64,000 bases of DNA from the human T2T-CHM13v2.0 reference genome, Homo sapiens, in NCBI RefSeq assembly GCF_009914755.1, contig NC_060942.1; one strand, written 5' to 3'. Under the pieces are notes generated by a model that worked only from the letters and a program-made list of their open reading frames with translations, was not told the DNA's origin and searched no databases. Positions 14,848 to 33,335 of this stretch are shown here, one piece after another. Positions within the stretch are counted from its first letter, which is position 1, and the number at the start of each line of letters is the position of its first letter. The position numbers and the translations under genes were made by a program.

Positions 14848-15157
14848 TACCCAGCACTTTGGGAGGCCGGGGCAGATGGATCACGAGGTCAGGAGATCAA
14901 GACCATCCTGGCTAACACAGTGGAACCCCGTCTCTACCAAAAAAATACAAAAAATTAGCTGGACACGGTGGCGGGTGACTGTAGTCCCAGCTACTCAGGA
15001 GGCTGAGGCAGGAGAATGACGTGAACCCAGGAGACAGAGCTTGCAGTGAGCCGAGATCGTGCCACCGCACTCCTGCCTGTGCAACAGAGTGAGACTCTGT
15101 CTCATAAATTAATTAATTAATTAAAATAAAATAAAATAAAATAAAATAAAACAAACA
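14848..15157 (+). mobile_element. AluY, 5'-truncated, with (TTAA)/(TAAAA)n tail
   Basis: AluY diagnostics gagatc-agaccatcctggctaacac, gaatgacgtgaacc and gagcttgcagtgag. Confidence 0.93.
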
Positions 15158-16104
15158 AATTGAGGAATTTACTTTGCACTTGACCTGGCAGGAACCTTAG
15201 CATGTGCCTCATTGAAATTAAAGTGGGAGAGGATTTTAAGAAAGGCAGACCGGCTGTTAACACTCAGGAACATAAGAATTGTCCATTTCTCTTTTAGTCT
15301 GATAGAGTGTCTGGTTAAATTTCTTCATGGATGAAAAATGAGTAGTATTCAGATAAGGAAGGTATAGATTTTAATATTTTAAAACTCATATAATAAGAAA
15401 ACAGGATTAGAACCGTGGTTTAGACCCTAATCACCCACTATACTCCCAGTTTAAATTTTAGAATTATGGCTTTAAAAGGAAAAGTGTCTGAAGTCTCAGT
15501 ATAGAATTATAGTTTTAGGAGACCTACATGATCCTTTTGGAAAACTGAACAGGCTGGGGCATTGTTCTGTTAACTGGTGTGACAGCAAAGTTCCCTTACA
15601 GAAGGCTGATATTTAATAATATGACCTGGAAAGTGAAGACCTTTGGGTGTTAAATTGCATATATCTTCCAATAAAAAACTCTGAAAAATAATTTATAATT
15701 CCTTTTGCTTCATACATTGTATTTTACATGGCTGTTTAAGGAATCTAGAGACCTATCATAGTGTCAAATTTACTCCCATAGCTTCTGCAATTTCTTATAT
15801 TTAATCTGAAAATAAGAACTAGAGACATTCTTCTACTGCGGTTTTGCTCTCATTAAATTGTTAAGAAATTGTTGTATGGACAGATGAGAATCATATTAAG
15901 ATGAAAAAATATTTATGAAAATTTAAGCCATCACACATTCTGTTGGCTTTAGGATAGAGTTTCCTTAGTCCCTCAGGAAAATAATTTGAGTATATTGCTA
16001 TACAAGTCTCTTACAGTAAATAAGTAAACTCTACAGTCACTGAATACCACTGCTAACATCTTATAAACAATCACACTCTCCTCATGTGTATTTTTTCTCT
16101 TCTT

Positions 16105-16260
16105 ATTTTTTAGAGACAGGGTCTCACTCTGTGGCCCAGGCTAGAGTGCAGTGGCACAATCATGGCTCACTGTAGCTTCAACTTTCTGGGCTCAAGTGAT
16201 CCTCCTGCCTTGGCCTCCCCAAGTGCTGGGATTACAGGCATGAGCCACCACACTTGGACT
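16105..16260 (-). mobile_element. Monomer-length Alu (FAM/FRAM-like or arm-recombined AluJ)
   Basis: Right-arm 3' part runs directly into the left-arm 5' end. Confidence 0.85.
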
Positions 16261-16269
16261 TCTTCTGTA

Positions 16270-16496
16270 TTTTATTTTATTTTTATTTATTTATTTGGGA
16301 CAGGGTCTTGCTCTGTTGCCCAGGCTGGTGTGCTATGGCATGAGCAGGACTCACTACAGCCTTGAATTCCTGGAGTCAAGCGATGCTCCCACGTCAGCCC
16401 CCCAAGTAGCTGGGACTGCAGGCATGTGCCACTAAGCCAGACTAATTTTTTTTTTAATTTTAGAAGAGAGAAGATCTCACTATGTTACCCAGGCTC
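16270..16496 (-). mobile_element. AluJ, 5'-truncated
   Basis: AluJ features. TSD ttctgtatt on both sides. Confidence 0.88.
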
Positions 16497-17065
16497 CTTT
16501 TCTGTATTGCAAATGTAGAAGATCTTCGTATTTTTTTCATACAGGGAGAGACCGGTTAGAATCTATTTTGGAGTTTTAGTGTCATTTTACTGCATAAGAT
16601 GGCAGTAAACTTGATTGTAGCTTTTTCCATTCTTAGTTCTACCTCAAAGCTATTAAATATTACATTTCTGAAAGAAGATTCATTTTTGTTTTATTCACAT
16701 CTGGGAAGACCTGTCAACCATTGGGTTTACTTTCCATACAGCTGACAAGGATTGTATGTGGACACTTTGGCAGCAGAGTGGCAAGAAGCAACTGATTACT
16801 TCATTATCTCTGCAGTGTCCCCCCATGACAGTTGAACATCATCTGTATTTATTTATTTATTTATTTGTTTTTCCAACTTACATTTTAGGTTCCAAGGGTA
16901 CATATACAGTTTTCTTACATGGGTAAATTGTATGTAATGGGGGTTTGGTGTACAGATTATTTTGTCACCCAGGTAATAAGCATAGTATCCAACAGATAGT
17001 TTTTCAATCTTCACTCTCCTCCAGTCTTTTACCCTCAAGTAAGTCCTTCTTTCTATTATTCCCTT

Positions 17066-17364
17066 CTTTTTTGTGTATGTGACAAAGTCTTGGTCTGATG
17101 CCAGGCTGGAGTGCAGTTGCATGAACACGGCTTACTGTAGCCTCAACCTCCTGGGTTCAAGCACTCCTCCTGCCTCAGCCTCCACAGTAGCTGGGGCAGA
17201 CACATTCCACCATGCCCTGCTGATTTTTTAAATTTTTTGTGGAGATGGGGTACTGCTATGTTGATCGGGCTGGTCCTGAACGAATGAACTCTTGGGTCAG
17301 GCAGTCTTCCTACCTCGGACTCCCAAAATGCTGCAATTACAGGCATGAGCCACCATGCCTGGCC
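17066..17364 (-). mobile_element. AluJ
   Basis: Diverged dimer. TSD tattattcccttcttt / tgttattcctttcttt. Confidence 0.9.
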
Positions 17365-17396
17365 TGTTATTCCTTTCTTTGTGTCCATGTGTTCTC

Positions 17397-21175
<3,779 letters not shown>

Positions 21176-22395
21176 CCATGTGTTCTCAATGTTAGCTCCT
21201 ACTTGTACGTGAGAACATGTGGTATTTGGTTTTCTGTTCCTCCATTATATTCATTTAGAGTAATGACCTCTAGCTCCATCTGTGTGTTTTATCATTCTTA
21301 TAGAGATCTTTTACCTTCCTGATTAGCTGTATTCGAAAATATTTTATTTTTTGTGTATGGTTTTTGTGATTGGATTGCATTCTTGATTTGGCCCTCAGCT
21401 TGGATGTTGTTGGTGAACGGAAATGCTACTGATTATTCTATATTGAATTTGTATCCTGAAACTTTGTTGAAGTTGTTTATCTAGGAGCTTTAGGGCAGAG
21501 ACTAGGATTTTCTAGATATAAAAACATATAGTCTGTGAAAAGAGGTAGTTTGACTTCCTCTCTTCCTGTTTAGATGCCTTTTTTTTTTTCTTGCCTGATT
21601 GCTCTGGCTAGTGCTTCCACTACTGTGTCAAATAGGAGTGGCGAAAATGGATGTCCTTGTCTTGTTCTGGTTTGCAAAGGTAATGTTTCCAGCTTTTTCC
21701 CATTAGTATGATGCTGGCTGTGGGTTTATCATAGATGGCTCTTTTTATTTTGAAGTGTGTTCCTTCAATGCCTAGTTGTTGAGGGTTTTTAAGATGAAGG
21801 GATAAATTTTATTGAAAATCTTTTCTGTGTCTAATGAGGTGATCATGTGGTTTTTGGTTTTAGTTCTGTTTATGTGATGAATCGTATGTATTAAGTTGCA
21901 TATGTTGAACCAACCTTGTATTTCAGTAATAAAGCCAGCTTGATTGTGGTGGATTAGCTTTTTGAGGTGCTGCTGGATTTGGTTTGCTAGTGTTTTGTTG
22001 AGGATTTTTGCAACTATGTTCATCAGGGATGTTTTCCTGAAGTGTTTTGTTGTTGTGTCTCTGCCAGATTTTGGCGTCAGAATTATATTAGCCTTATAGA
22101 ATGAGTTAGGGTCAAAGTCCCTCCTACTTGATTTTTTGGAATAGTTTCAGTAGGATTGGTACCAGCTCTTCTTTGTATGTCTGGTAGAATTCACCTGTGG
22201 ATCCATCTTCCCCAGGGCTTTTTCTGGTTGGTAGGCTTTTTATTAATGATTTAATTTTGAAACTCAATATTTTTTTTTTCAGGGTTTCAGTTTCTTCCTG
22301 GTTCAATCTTAGGAGGTTGTATATTTTCAGGAATTTATCCATTTCTTCTGGGTTTTCCAGTTTGTGTGCCTAGGGGTGTTTGTAATAGTCTCTGA

Positions 22396-22643
<248 letters not shown>

Positions 22644-23736
22644 TACGTGTCAAGTTTTTTGAGAATTGTTTTATGTCTGAGTGTGTGGTCAGTTTTAGAG
22701 TATGTACCAAGTGCAGACATCTATATTTATATGGGATATTAATCTGTAGTTCTGTTTTCTTTTGGTAATTTTGTCTGGTTTGGGATGAGGGTAATTCTGG
22801 CTTTGGTAAATCTGCTGGAAACTGTTTTCTCCTTTTTCCGTATTCTCAGTTGATCCATGACCTTTTCTTTTTAGAATGATTGATATTCACCACTGAAGCC
22901 ATCAGGAATGGACTTTTTTGTGAGAATATTTTTAATTACTATGTCAATTTCTGTAATTTATGTGGGATATTAAGATTTTCTATTTTGTCTTCAGTCAATT
23001 TGGTAGTTTCTGTCTTTCAAGGAATTTGTCCATTTCATTTTGGATGTTATATGTAGTATAATTCAGCATGCATAACATTCCTTTATTATCTTAATATCTG
23101 TGGCACTTGTATCTATTTGCCACTTTTTCATTTTTGATTTTTATTATGCACATCTATTTTCTGGATCAATTTCATTGATTTTTTTTAACAAAACATCTTT
23201 TATTAGATTTTCTCTGTTGTTTCTTTTCTGTTTCATTTGTTTCTGCCCTTATGTTTATTTTTCCTTCATTCATATTTTTTTCAGTTATAATTTGCATTTC
23301 TTTCCTAACTTGCTAGGACGAGAATTTAGATTATTGATTTGAAATGTAATTTCTTTTCTAATATAAACATTTAAAGCTATAAATTTCCCTCTAAGAACTC
23401 CATTAGCTATATTTTATTGTTTTAATTTTGATTAATTTCAAAATATTTTCTAAGTATTCTTGTTATTTCCTCTTTGAACAGTTTATAGTCATAAGATTCT
23501 TAATTTCCAGTTATTGCCCAATCTCTGACAGCTTTCTGTAATGTATTTCTAATTTAATTCCCTTATTGTCAGAAAATGTGTCTTCCACAATTTCAATATC
23601 TTGAAATTATTGAGGCTTGAAATTATTCACCATATCATATGATCTGGCCAATTTTGGTAAATCTTTAATCTGCATGAAAAATAATATAATCAGCAATTAT
23701 TGGATATAGTATTCTGTTTATCAGTAGGGTCAATAT

Positions 23737-24263
23737 TTTTCTTTCTTTTTATTTATTTATTTATTATACTTTAAGTTCTAGGGTACATGTGCACAACGTG
23801 CAGGTTTGTTACATATGTATACATGTGCCATGTTGGTGTGCTGCACCCATTAACTCATCATTTACATTAGATATTTCCCCTAATGCTATCCCTCTCCTAT
23901 GCCCCCACCCCCCGACAGGCCCCAGTGTGTGATGTTCCCCGCCCTGTGTCCAAGTCTTCTCATTGTTCAATTCCCACCTATAAGTGAGAACATGTGGTGT
24001 TTGGTTTTCTGTCCTTGGGATAGTTTGCTCAGAATGATGGTTTCCAGCTTCATCCATGTCACTACAAAGGACATGAACTCATCATTTTTTATGGCTGCAT
24101 AGTATTCCATGGTGTATATGTGCCACATTTTCTTAATCCAGTCTATCATTGATGGACATTTTGGTTGGTTCCAAGTCTTTGCCATTGTGAATAGTGCCGC
24201 AATAAACATATGTGTGCATGTGTCTTTATAGTAGCATGATTTATAATCCTTTGGGTATATACC
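23737..24263 (-). mobile_element. L1PA5-like 5'-truncated 3' end
   Basis: Young L1 3'UTR and ORF2 C-terminal peptide at 23967-24209. Confidence 0.93.
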
Positions 24264-24951
24264 TTTATAGTGTTGTTCAGGTCTTCTGTATGCCTATTGA
24301 ATTTTAGTATACTTTTTCCATCAGTTACTAAGGGAGATCTTTGGAATTTCCAACCATGATTGTGGGGTTTTTTTTCCTTTCCGTCTTTCCACTATGTATC
24401 TTGAATTTAGCTATTAGATTCATTCAAATTTAGGATTATTATATAGTCTTGGTGCATTAACTTTTCTTATCACTTTCAAACATGCCTCTTTATCCCTGTT
24501 ATTATCACTTCTTTTGAAATATACCTAATATGTTATTAATATAGCCACTTCAGCTTTTTTATAATTAGTATTTGTGGAATATGTCCTTTTCAGTCCTTCT
24601 ACTTTTACTCCACCTTTGTCTTTAATAATTAAAGTAGGGCTTTCATAGATAGTGCATAGTTTGCTTTTGATTTATAATCTAGCCAGACTGTCTCTGGACT
24701 TATATTGGACTCTTTGGATCCTTTACCCTTGATGCAGTTATCAACTTGATGGAGTCTAGTTATATCACCTTTTAATTTATTTTCTATTTTTCACTGATTT
24801 TTCAGTTTCATATTTAGGGTTTTTTTAACCTTCTTTTAAATAATTGTTTAGTTTTAGTGTTTGTTATTTCTATTCTATACTCACTGTCTTTGTTTAATTT
24901 TTTAGTGGTTTTTCCAGGTTTGCAATATGAACCCTTAGAAGTCTATTTTTA

Positions 24952-25284
<333 letters not shown>

Positions 25285-25672
25285 TCATGTGTGATGTCTA
25301 ATGTATAACTGCATAAAAGAATGCTTCCATTTCCCACTTCCATTTGTTCTGTTATTATTGTCACATAATTTACTTCTACATGTGTTGTATACACCACAAT
25401 TTTATTATTATTGCATTAAATTAATATTTTAAATAGATATGAAAAATATTGCTTGTATTTACATTTCTAGCAGTTTACATTCATTTTTATAGATCCTAGT
25501 TTTCATCTAGTATCATTTTATTTATACCTGGAGATAGATGTTTGTTTATGGTCATGCAGTTCTTCTGGAATAACTTTTTTCATCTTTCGTATCTATTTCA
25601 CTTCGTTTTTAAAGGAATTTCTTTCTGACTTAGCAATTTGTTTTTTTTTGCTTCTATTCATCACTTTCATAA

Positions 25673-26017
<345 letters not shown>

Positions 26018-28315
26018 TAAATAAATGATATTCTGCCGTCATTCTTACTCTCTTCCTTTGTATGCAATGTATTTTTAAGCCTGCTTACTCTTATGATCTT
26101 TCTTCACTAGTTTTTAGAAATATGATAATGATGTGCTTGATGTTGCATGCGTTTATAATGTCAAATTTTTACTTTTCACCTATTAAATACCATTTGGTTA
26201 TTTTAAATATCTTTTATTATCATTACATTCATGTTTTCCTTTAAATTCTTAATTATGATGAGCTTATTTATAATAGGACTTTTGAAATCCTCATGTGCTA
26301 ATTCTATCATTTGTCATCTCCAGGTGTTTTTCTGTTGACTTACTAGTCAGATTTCATCATATATGTTGTAAGTTTTTATTAGATGCTTATCAACATAGAT
26401 GTTACATTAATGATTATCTTGATTTTATTGTCTTCCTTTACAGTGTTTATTCTGACAGGCATTTAAGTTGTTGGTAGATCAGATCTTTTTAAGACTTGTT
26501 TTTAAGCTTTGTTAAGGCTAGTCTGTAGGGTAGTCTTTTCTCTAACAACTGCTTAGCTCTTTCTGGTTTCTCAGTAAGATCGAGTGTCCTGGGATCAACC
26601 ATTCTGACTAGACAAAACTTGAACATCTCCTTGTACTGTGTGACTTCTGGGAAGTGTTTCATTTACAACTCCCTGGTAACAACAATTTTCTAAACAGTTT
26701 GAGTTTCACTCTACATATGTGCAGTCTTAGCAAAACTCAAGAAGGCTTCTGTGCTGATTACTCAACTGTTTTTCTGTGTAGCACTCTCTTTTCTAAGGAT
26801 TCTGTCATGCCATTTCTGGCCACCTCAACCTCCCGGAACTCTGCAGCAAGACTTCTATGCTGTGCTTAGGATTTCTCTCACTGAACGATAGTCTGGACTG
26901 TTTATCTAAATAAAAATTTATGTCTATTTTAGGGCTTAGCTCATTTGTTTGCCTTCTTTCAGGGATCATATACATACAGTGCCTGAATAGCTGAACGTAT
27001 AAAATGTCTGAATATATAAAACAACTGGTTTCAGGCATTGTTCAGACCAGTTGTATATTTTGTCTAATTTTCTAATTTTTTCTCCTGGGTAGATAAGTGT
27101 GTTCCCTGTTACTCCAAAATACTCCAAAATAAAAATTCTCATTGAAACCATCTTTTAAATGTGTTGAATTTTAGCATACAAATTTAGTGTTAGTCTTAGG
27201 AAAACAAAGGCTTTATGGAGAGGAAAGTGTATCATGGGCATAATAAGTGCATAGTAATAAAACTTATGGGGATTACAGTATTAAATGATTTTTGCTGTTT
27301 TAAAGAAGTTGTAATACAAAAAAAGGTATATAACCTCCTGGGCCAAAAAGTACTTAAATGGGAAAATTTAGGGAAAGAGAAACTACACTTTCATCAGATT
27401 TGTTGTAACTTGTAATTAAAGAGAGCCCAAACTGATGTATAACAGGAGTCTTGTAAAGTATTTATTTTGAGAGCCTAAAATAATAAAATGGAATAAAGAG
27501 TTGAATAAGAACTACAGAAACATTTATTTTCTGAAATATTGGCTCTCAGGCTGGGAATCAAACTTACTGGTTTTACTCTAGGTTAAGTTCCTTTGGGCAA
27601 GTCTTTTAGCTTTATTAACATTTCCTTATTTGAATTACAGTTAACTCTTAATACAAATAACCTTGAGTTCACCCAGTAGAAGGTGCTTTCATCAGATATA
27701 TCTCATTTGCAATGGTACAGTGCTTTGTAAATATCTATTAATACTCTTAAATAATAAAGAAATATGAAATATAGTTACTAACAGGTTAAAAATGCTCTGC
27801 ATCCCAATGGTTTCTTTGTATTCTTGTCATAAATACATTTGGTCTTGAAATAAAAGCAAATTCAGATGAACTAGGAAGTAAAACATTCAGTCAACATTGT
27901 GAAACAAAAAAGCAATATGAGGTAACGTGGTACTGTGCAGGACTAAAGGTACATTGAAAAGTAATGGATATAAAATGTGAATAGAGAGGAAAGCATAAGA
28001 ATTAGAAAAGACTCCATTTGATTTTCTTTTATTAGTTACCTATAGACCACCATGCAAGACCTTTAAGGAAAAGATAATTTATTGACAGAGGGTATTTACT
28101 TTAATGGAAAAGAATTATTTGTTCCAGTATTCTCAAAAGGATAATTGGTGATAGATATGTAGATATAGACCAGTCATAGGGGAGGAGGCCAGAGCAGGAA
28201 AGGAAATTGTGTGCACCTCATTGTATCAGGTGAGGGACTGAAAACATCTGAAGTGAATGCTTACCTCCCATAGCCAGGTGGAATCCATCATGATGCTAGA
28301 AGGTATTTGCTAGTG

Positions 28316-28504
28316 CAGTGGTTCTCAAAATGTGTTCCCCAGTCCAGCAGCATCAGCATCACCTGGGCACTTTTGAAAAATGCAAATCCTCAGGCCCTAC
28401 TCCATACCTACTAAATTAGAAAGTCTGGAGGTGGAGCCCAGATATATGCATTTTAGCAAACCTTCCAGGTGAGTTTCATGAACACAAAAGTTTGAGAACC
28501 TCTG
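28316..28504 (+). mobile_element. MER5A (hAT-Charlie MITE), complete
   Basis: Terminal inverted repeats (TIRs) cagtggttctcaaa / tttgagaacctctg. Perfect 8-bp TSD tgctagtg at 28308-28315 and 28505-28512. Confidence 0.93.
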
Positions 28505-30479
28505 TGCTAGTGTAATGGAAATGTCATCTGTTATTCAAATTGCTGGTGAGTCTTTTACATGCAGTTTTATGGATGTGTTTTCCAAAATTATCTCATTGGG
28601 GCAGATAGGATTAGAAATATTTTCTATCAAAAGAAATGACCAGTGTGCTTAAATAACACAGCATTAGAAAATAGAGAAGAGTCTCCAAGATAGAAAATAA
28701 GCAAAACTCAACTTCACGTCCCCGAATCTCTTCCCGTATTATAGTTTTATCCATTCTTGTATGATGTGATTTTTTTCTGAGATTGATCTGTGTTAAGAAG
28801 ATTTAAACTAATTTTGGTTTGGTGTAAGATAATCAAATATGCTGTTTTCAGCACACACAATAAAAGAGTCCTTTAAGCTTAAAAGGGTTATAAAACCAGT
28901 TTGAAATGTACTAAAGTGAGACATTTTATCAATACAACTTCTTCTGACTTAAGTGTTACTCTTTTTTTCTCTCTCTCCTTTCTTCTACTCCTCTCTGTTC
29001 TCTTCCATTCCTTACTACTTCTCCATGCCACCTAAGCTTTCTCTCCTGCCTTTGCCTCAAATCAAAGTATGCCTTCAGAGAAGATAATTCTATGTTTAGA
29101 GTCAGATTTAGATTTAAGAATAGTAGAAAGGTATTATCTGAATGGCTACTTCTGTTGTCCCAGTAATGGCCAAAAAAAGGGTCACCTTATTACGTAAGCA
29201 TTTGATTACAGATCTTGGTGCTGCCTTGCGTCTTTGCTCAGAAAACTGCTCTGTGAAAGAAACCACACTTGGTTTGAGTTGTTTCTGGAGCATTGAAAGG
29301 TAACGTTGTTACATCCAAATTTAGAGACTTATAGGAAAGAAGCAGTTTGTCCTGACCTTCTCTCTGTAAGAGAAAGTTTTTGTTCACAAAGTAATTAAAA
29401 ACAGACTGGACTAAGGTTTCATTTAAACCACTCTATCATTAGGACTTAGCTACTAAGCCTGATATAGACCCTGAATGCTGTCTATCTTTATTGAAGTTGT
29501 GCCAGTCTTCCTAGGTGAGACTGATTGGTAGAAGCCTTTTACATACAACTCATTTGGACAGATGGTCTGTATTAAACAGATGATGACTATTTGGCATGTA
29601 CAGCTATTCCATACAATTTGAGTTGATTAGTTCTTGTTGAGACACGCAGAAACATGAAGACTGTTGCCAGTAAGCCTGGTCCATGCTCACAGCCACCTGC
29701 TCTTTTTATTTGGGGTCATTGCCTGGGCTGTCCTCCTAGTTTAAATGCCCAAAGGCCACCCTCTTTCCACATGAAAACTGTCATGCAAGTTCAGCTTTGT
29801 GTTGTTTACATGCACACACACACATACACACCTGAAGTCACATTTTAGGACAGTTTTCTGTGAGCAGGGCCTCCCATTTTCTGGTTCAAATTTAGTCTAG
29901 ATTAAAGAACTAATTTATTTTTTGTGCTTTTCAAGCTGTTGCAAATAACAAAATAGCTTGATCATCCTAATTATGACATCAGCCAAAATATGCTGAAGAG
30001 TTATACCTCACAATGATATACAGACCCTAAGAAACCATATATTAAAATTTTCTTGTAGTAATTTTTTGAATTTTCATCATCACTCTTAGCAGTAAAGAAA
30101 GCAACATCTGGCCCAGTATTTGAAGTGCTTGTATTTTCTGTTGTCTTTAGTAAATTTTATTTATTTTTACCTGTTTTCTACAAACTGTACTGTTCATTGG
30201 TTATATATTGCCGTAACTATTATATAGGGATTTGTATAAAAAAATCTTTCCTCAAATCAAATGACTTTTCAGCTAATCGACTCTAAAAGGCCCATCTGAA
30301 ATGAGATAAAGTTGGAGGGTGGCTCTCTCACATTAATGACAGGTTACATATCTTAGTAAGTGGGATCTTGTAAGAATGGCAGAAAGAAATCCTAAGGCAA
30401 GTACCAGAGGCCATAAGGGTTCATTTAGTTACTGTAATTCACCCCAATTACCCTTCATTATATAGCCTTATTTTTATTG

Positions 30480-30660
30480 TCTTTATACCACTTACCATTG
30501 ACCTCATAATTTAGTTTTTTTACTTTTTTGTCTCTTTCCACTAGAATATGGGTTTTTATTAGAGCAGGCTCTTTGTATTCACTGATGATTCCACAATACC
30601 TAGAACACACTTTATAGATGGTCAGTATCCAATAAACATTACTAAATATATGAAAGAAGG
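30480..30660 (+). mobile_element. L2 3' end
   Basis: ccactagaat...ttcactg...tacctagaaca...caataaacatt. Confidence 0.7.
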
Positions 30661-30669
30661 TTGTCTTTC

Positions 30670-30784
30670 GCCAGGCATGGTGGCTCACGCCTGTAATCCC
30701 AGCACTTTGGGAGGCTGAGGCAGGTGGATCACCTGAGGTCAGGAGATCAAGACCAACCTGGCCAATCTGGTGAAACCCCATCTC
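30670..30784 (+). mobile_element. Alu left-arm fragment (AluS)
   Basis: Ends abruptly at gaaaccccatctc. Confidence 0.9.
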
Positions 30785-31435
<651 letters not shown>

Positions 31436-32467
31436 GAAGTCTTATACTTCTTTAGTTAACTTTATTCCTATAAATTTTATTCATTTTGATGCTATTCTGA
31501 ATGTAATTTTATTAATTTTATTTTCAGATTGTTTATAATTAGTATATTAAAATATAGTGGATGTTTGTGTAAGATTGCTTATAGTTAGTATATAAAAATA
31601 TAATTGATGTTTGTGTAATTGATCTTGTACTCTGTGACCTTGCTGAACTTATTATTTCAGTAGTTTCATTTTGTTTATAGATTTCTTAGGATTTTCTACA
31701 TAAAGGATTATGGCACCTGTGAATAAAATGTTTCACTTTCTTTTCATAATGTATGTCTTTTTTTTTCTTGCCTTATTGCACTGAATAGAACTTTTAGTAC
31801 AGTGTTGATCAGAAGACGTAAGAATACACATATGTGTTTTGTTTCTGATCTTGGAGGAAAAGCATTGTCTTTTACCATTTCACTATTAAGTACATTAAAT
31901 GAAACATACAGCTGCAGGTTTTTTATAGATTATCTTATAATTGAGAAAGCTGTGTTCTTCCTAGTTTTTTGAGAGTCTTTATCATAAGTAGATGTTAAAT
32001 TTTGTTGGATGCTTTTTCTGTTTCATGGAGATGATCTTTTGGTTTTGGGGTTTTGCTCTTCATTCTGCTGATACATTACATGAATTAGTTGTTTGACAAT
32101 AAACCAACCTTACATTTCTGGAATAAACCTCACTTGATCATTGTATATAAGTCCTTTTTTCTTATATGGGATTTCATTTGCTAATATTTTGTTGACAGTT
32201 TTTAGGTCTACATTCCTAGGAATATATTGGTCCTTGTTTTTCTGTGAGATCTTTGTATATTTTTGGTATTATGGTAATACTTGTCTCTTATAATATGTTT
32301 AACAGTATTTCCTCCTCTATTTTCTGCAAATTTGTGAATGATTATTATTGTTAATTCTTTAAATATTTGATAGAATTAACTAGTAAAGACATCTAGGGCT
32401 GAGTTTTTTCTTTTGTGGAAATGTTTTTTTCAATACCAATTCAGTTTTTTCTTTGAGGTTCTGTTAG

Positions 32468-32776
<309 letters not shown>

Positions 32777-33335
32777 TGTTAGTTTTCTATGTGAAACAGA
32801 TTATAACAAACTTAGCAGCTTTTTCATTATATTATCTATTAATTATCTAGTCCTGTAGGTCAGAAGTCCGGTTGAACTTCACTGGGTTCTCCACTGGGGA
32901 TACTACAGACGTGAAATGTAGGTGTCTGTTAAACTGGTCTCTTATTTGGACACTCTTGGGAAGAATCTGCCTCCTAGCTCATTCAGGTTTTGGCAAAATT
33001 CAGTTCCTTGCAATGTAGGGCTGAGGTCTGCTTTTCCTTGCGGTCTTCCATCTGAGGGCCACTCTCATCTTAATAGAGGCTGCACACATTTCTCTACACC
33101 TGGCCCCCACCATCAAGCCAGCAACAGCAGTTCAAATCCTTCTTGTGCTTCAAATCTCATTGACTTCCCTTTTGCCACCACTCTTAGAAAACTTTTGTTT
33201 TAAGGGCTTGTGTGATTAGACTAGGTCCATCTGAATGATCTTTTTTTGCCATGTGATGCAATGTAATTATGGTTAGTAGCAACAAAGATGAAGATCATGT
33301 GGGCCATCTTAAAATTTTGACTATTTGACTACTTA
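32777..33335 (-). mobile_element. MLT1-type LTR (MaLR)
   Basis: aacaaacttagcagct...gtaggtcagaagtcc...gaagaatctgcctcc...ttcagttccttg...taagggcttgtgtgattaga. Confidence 0.8.
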
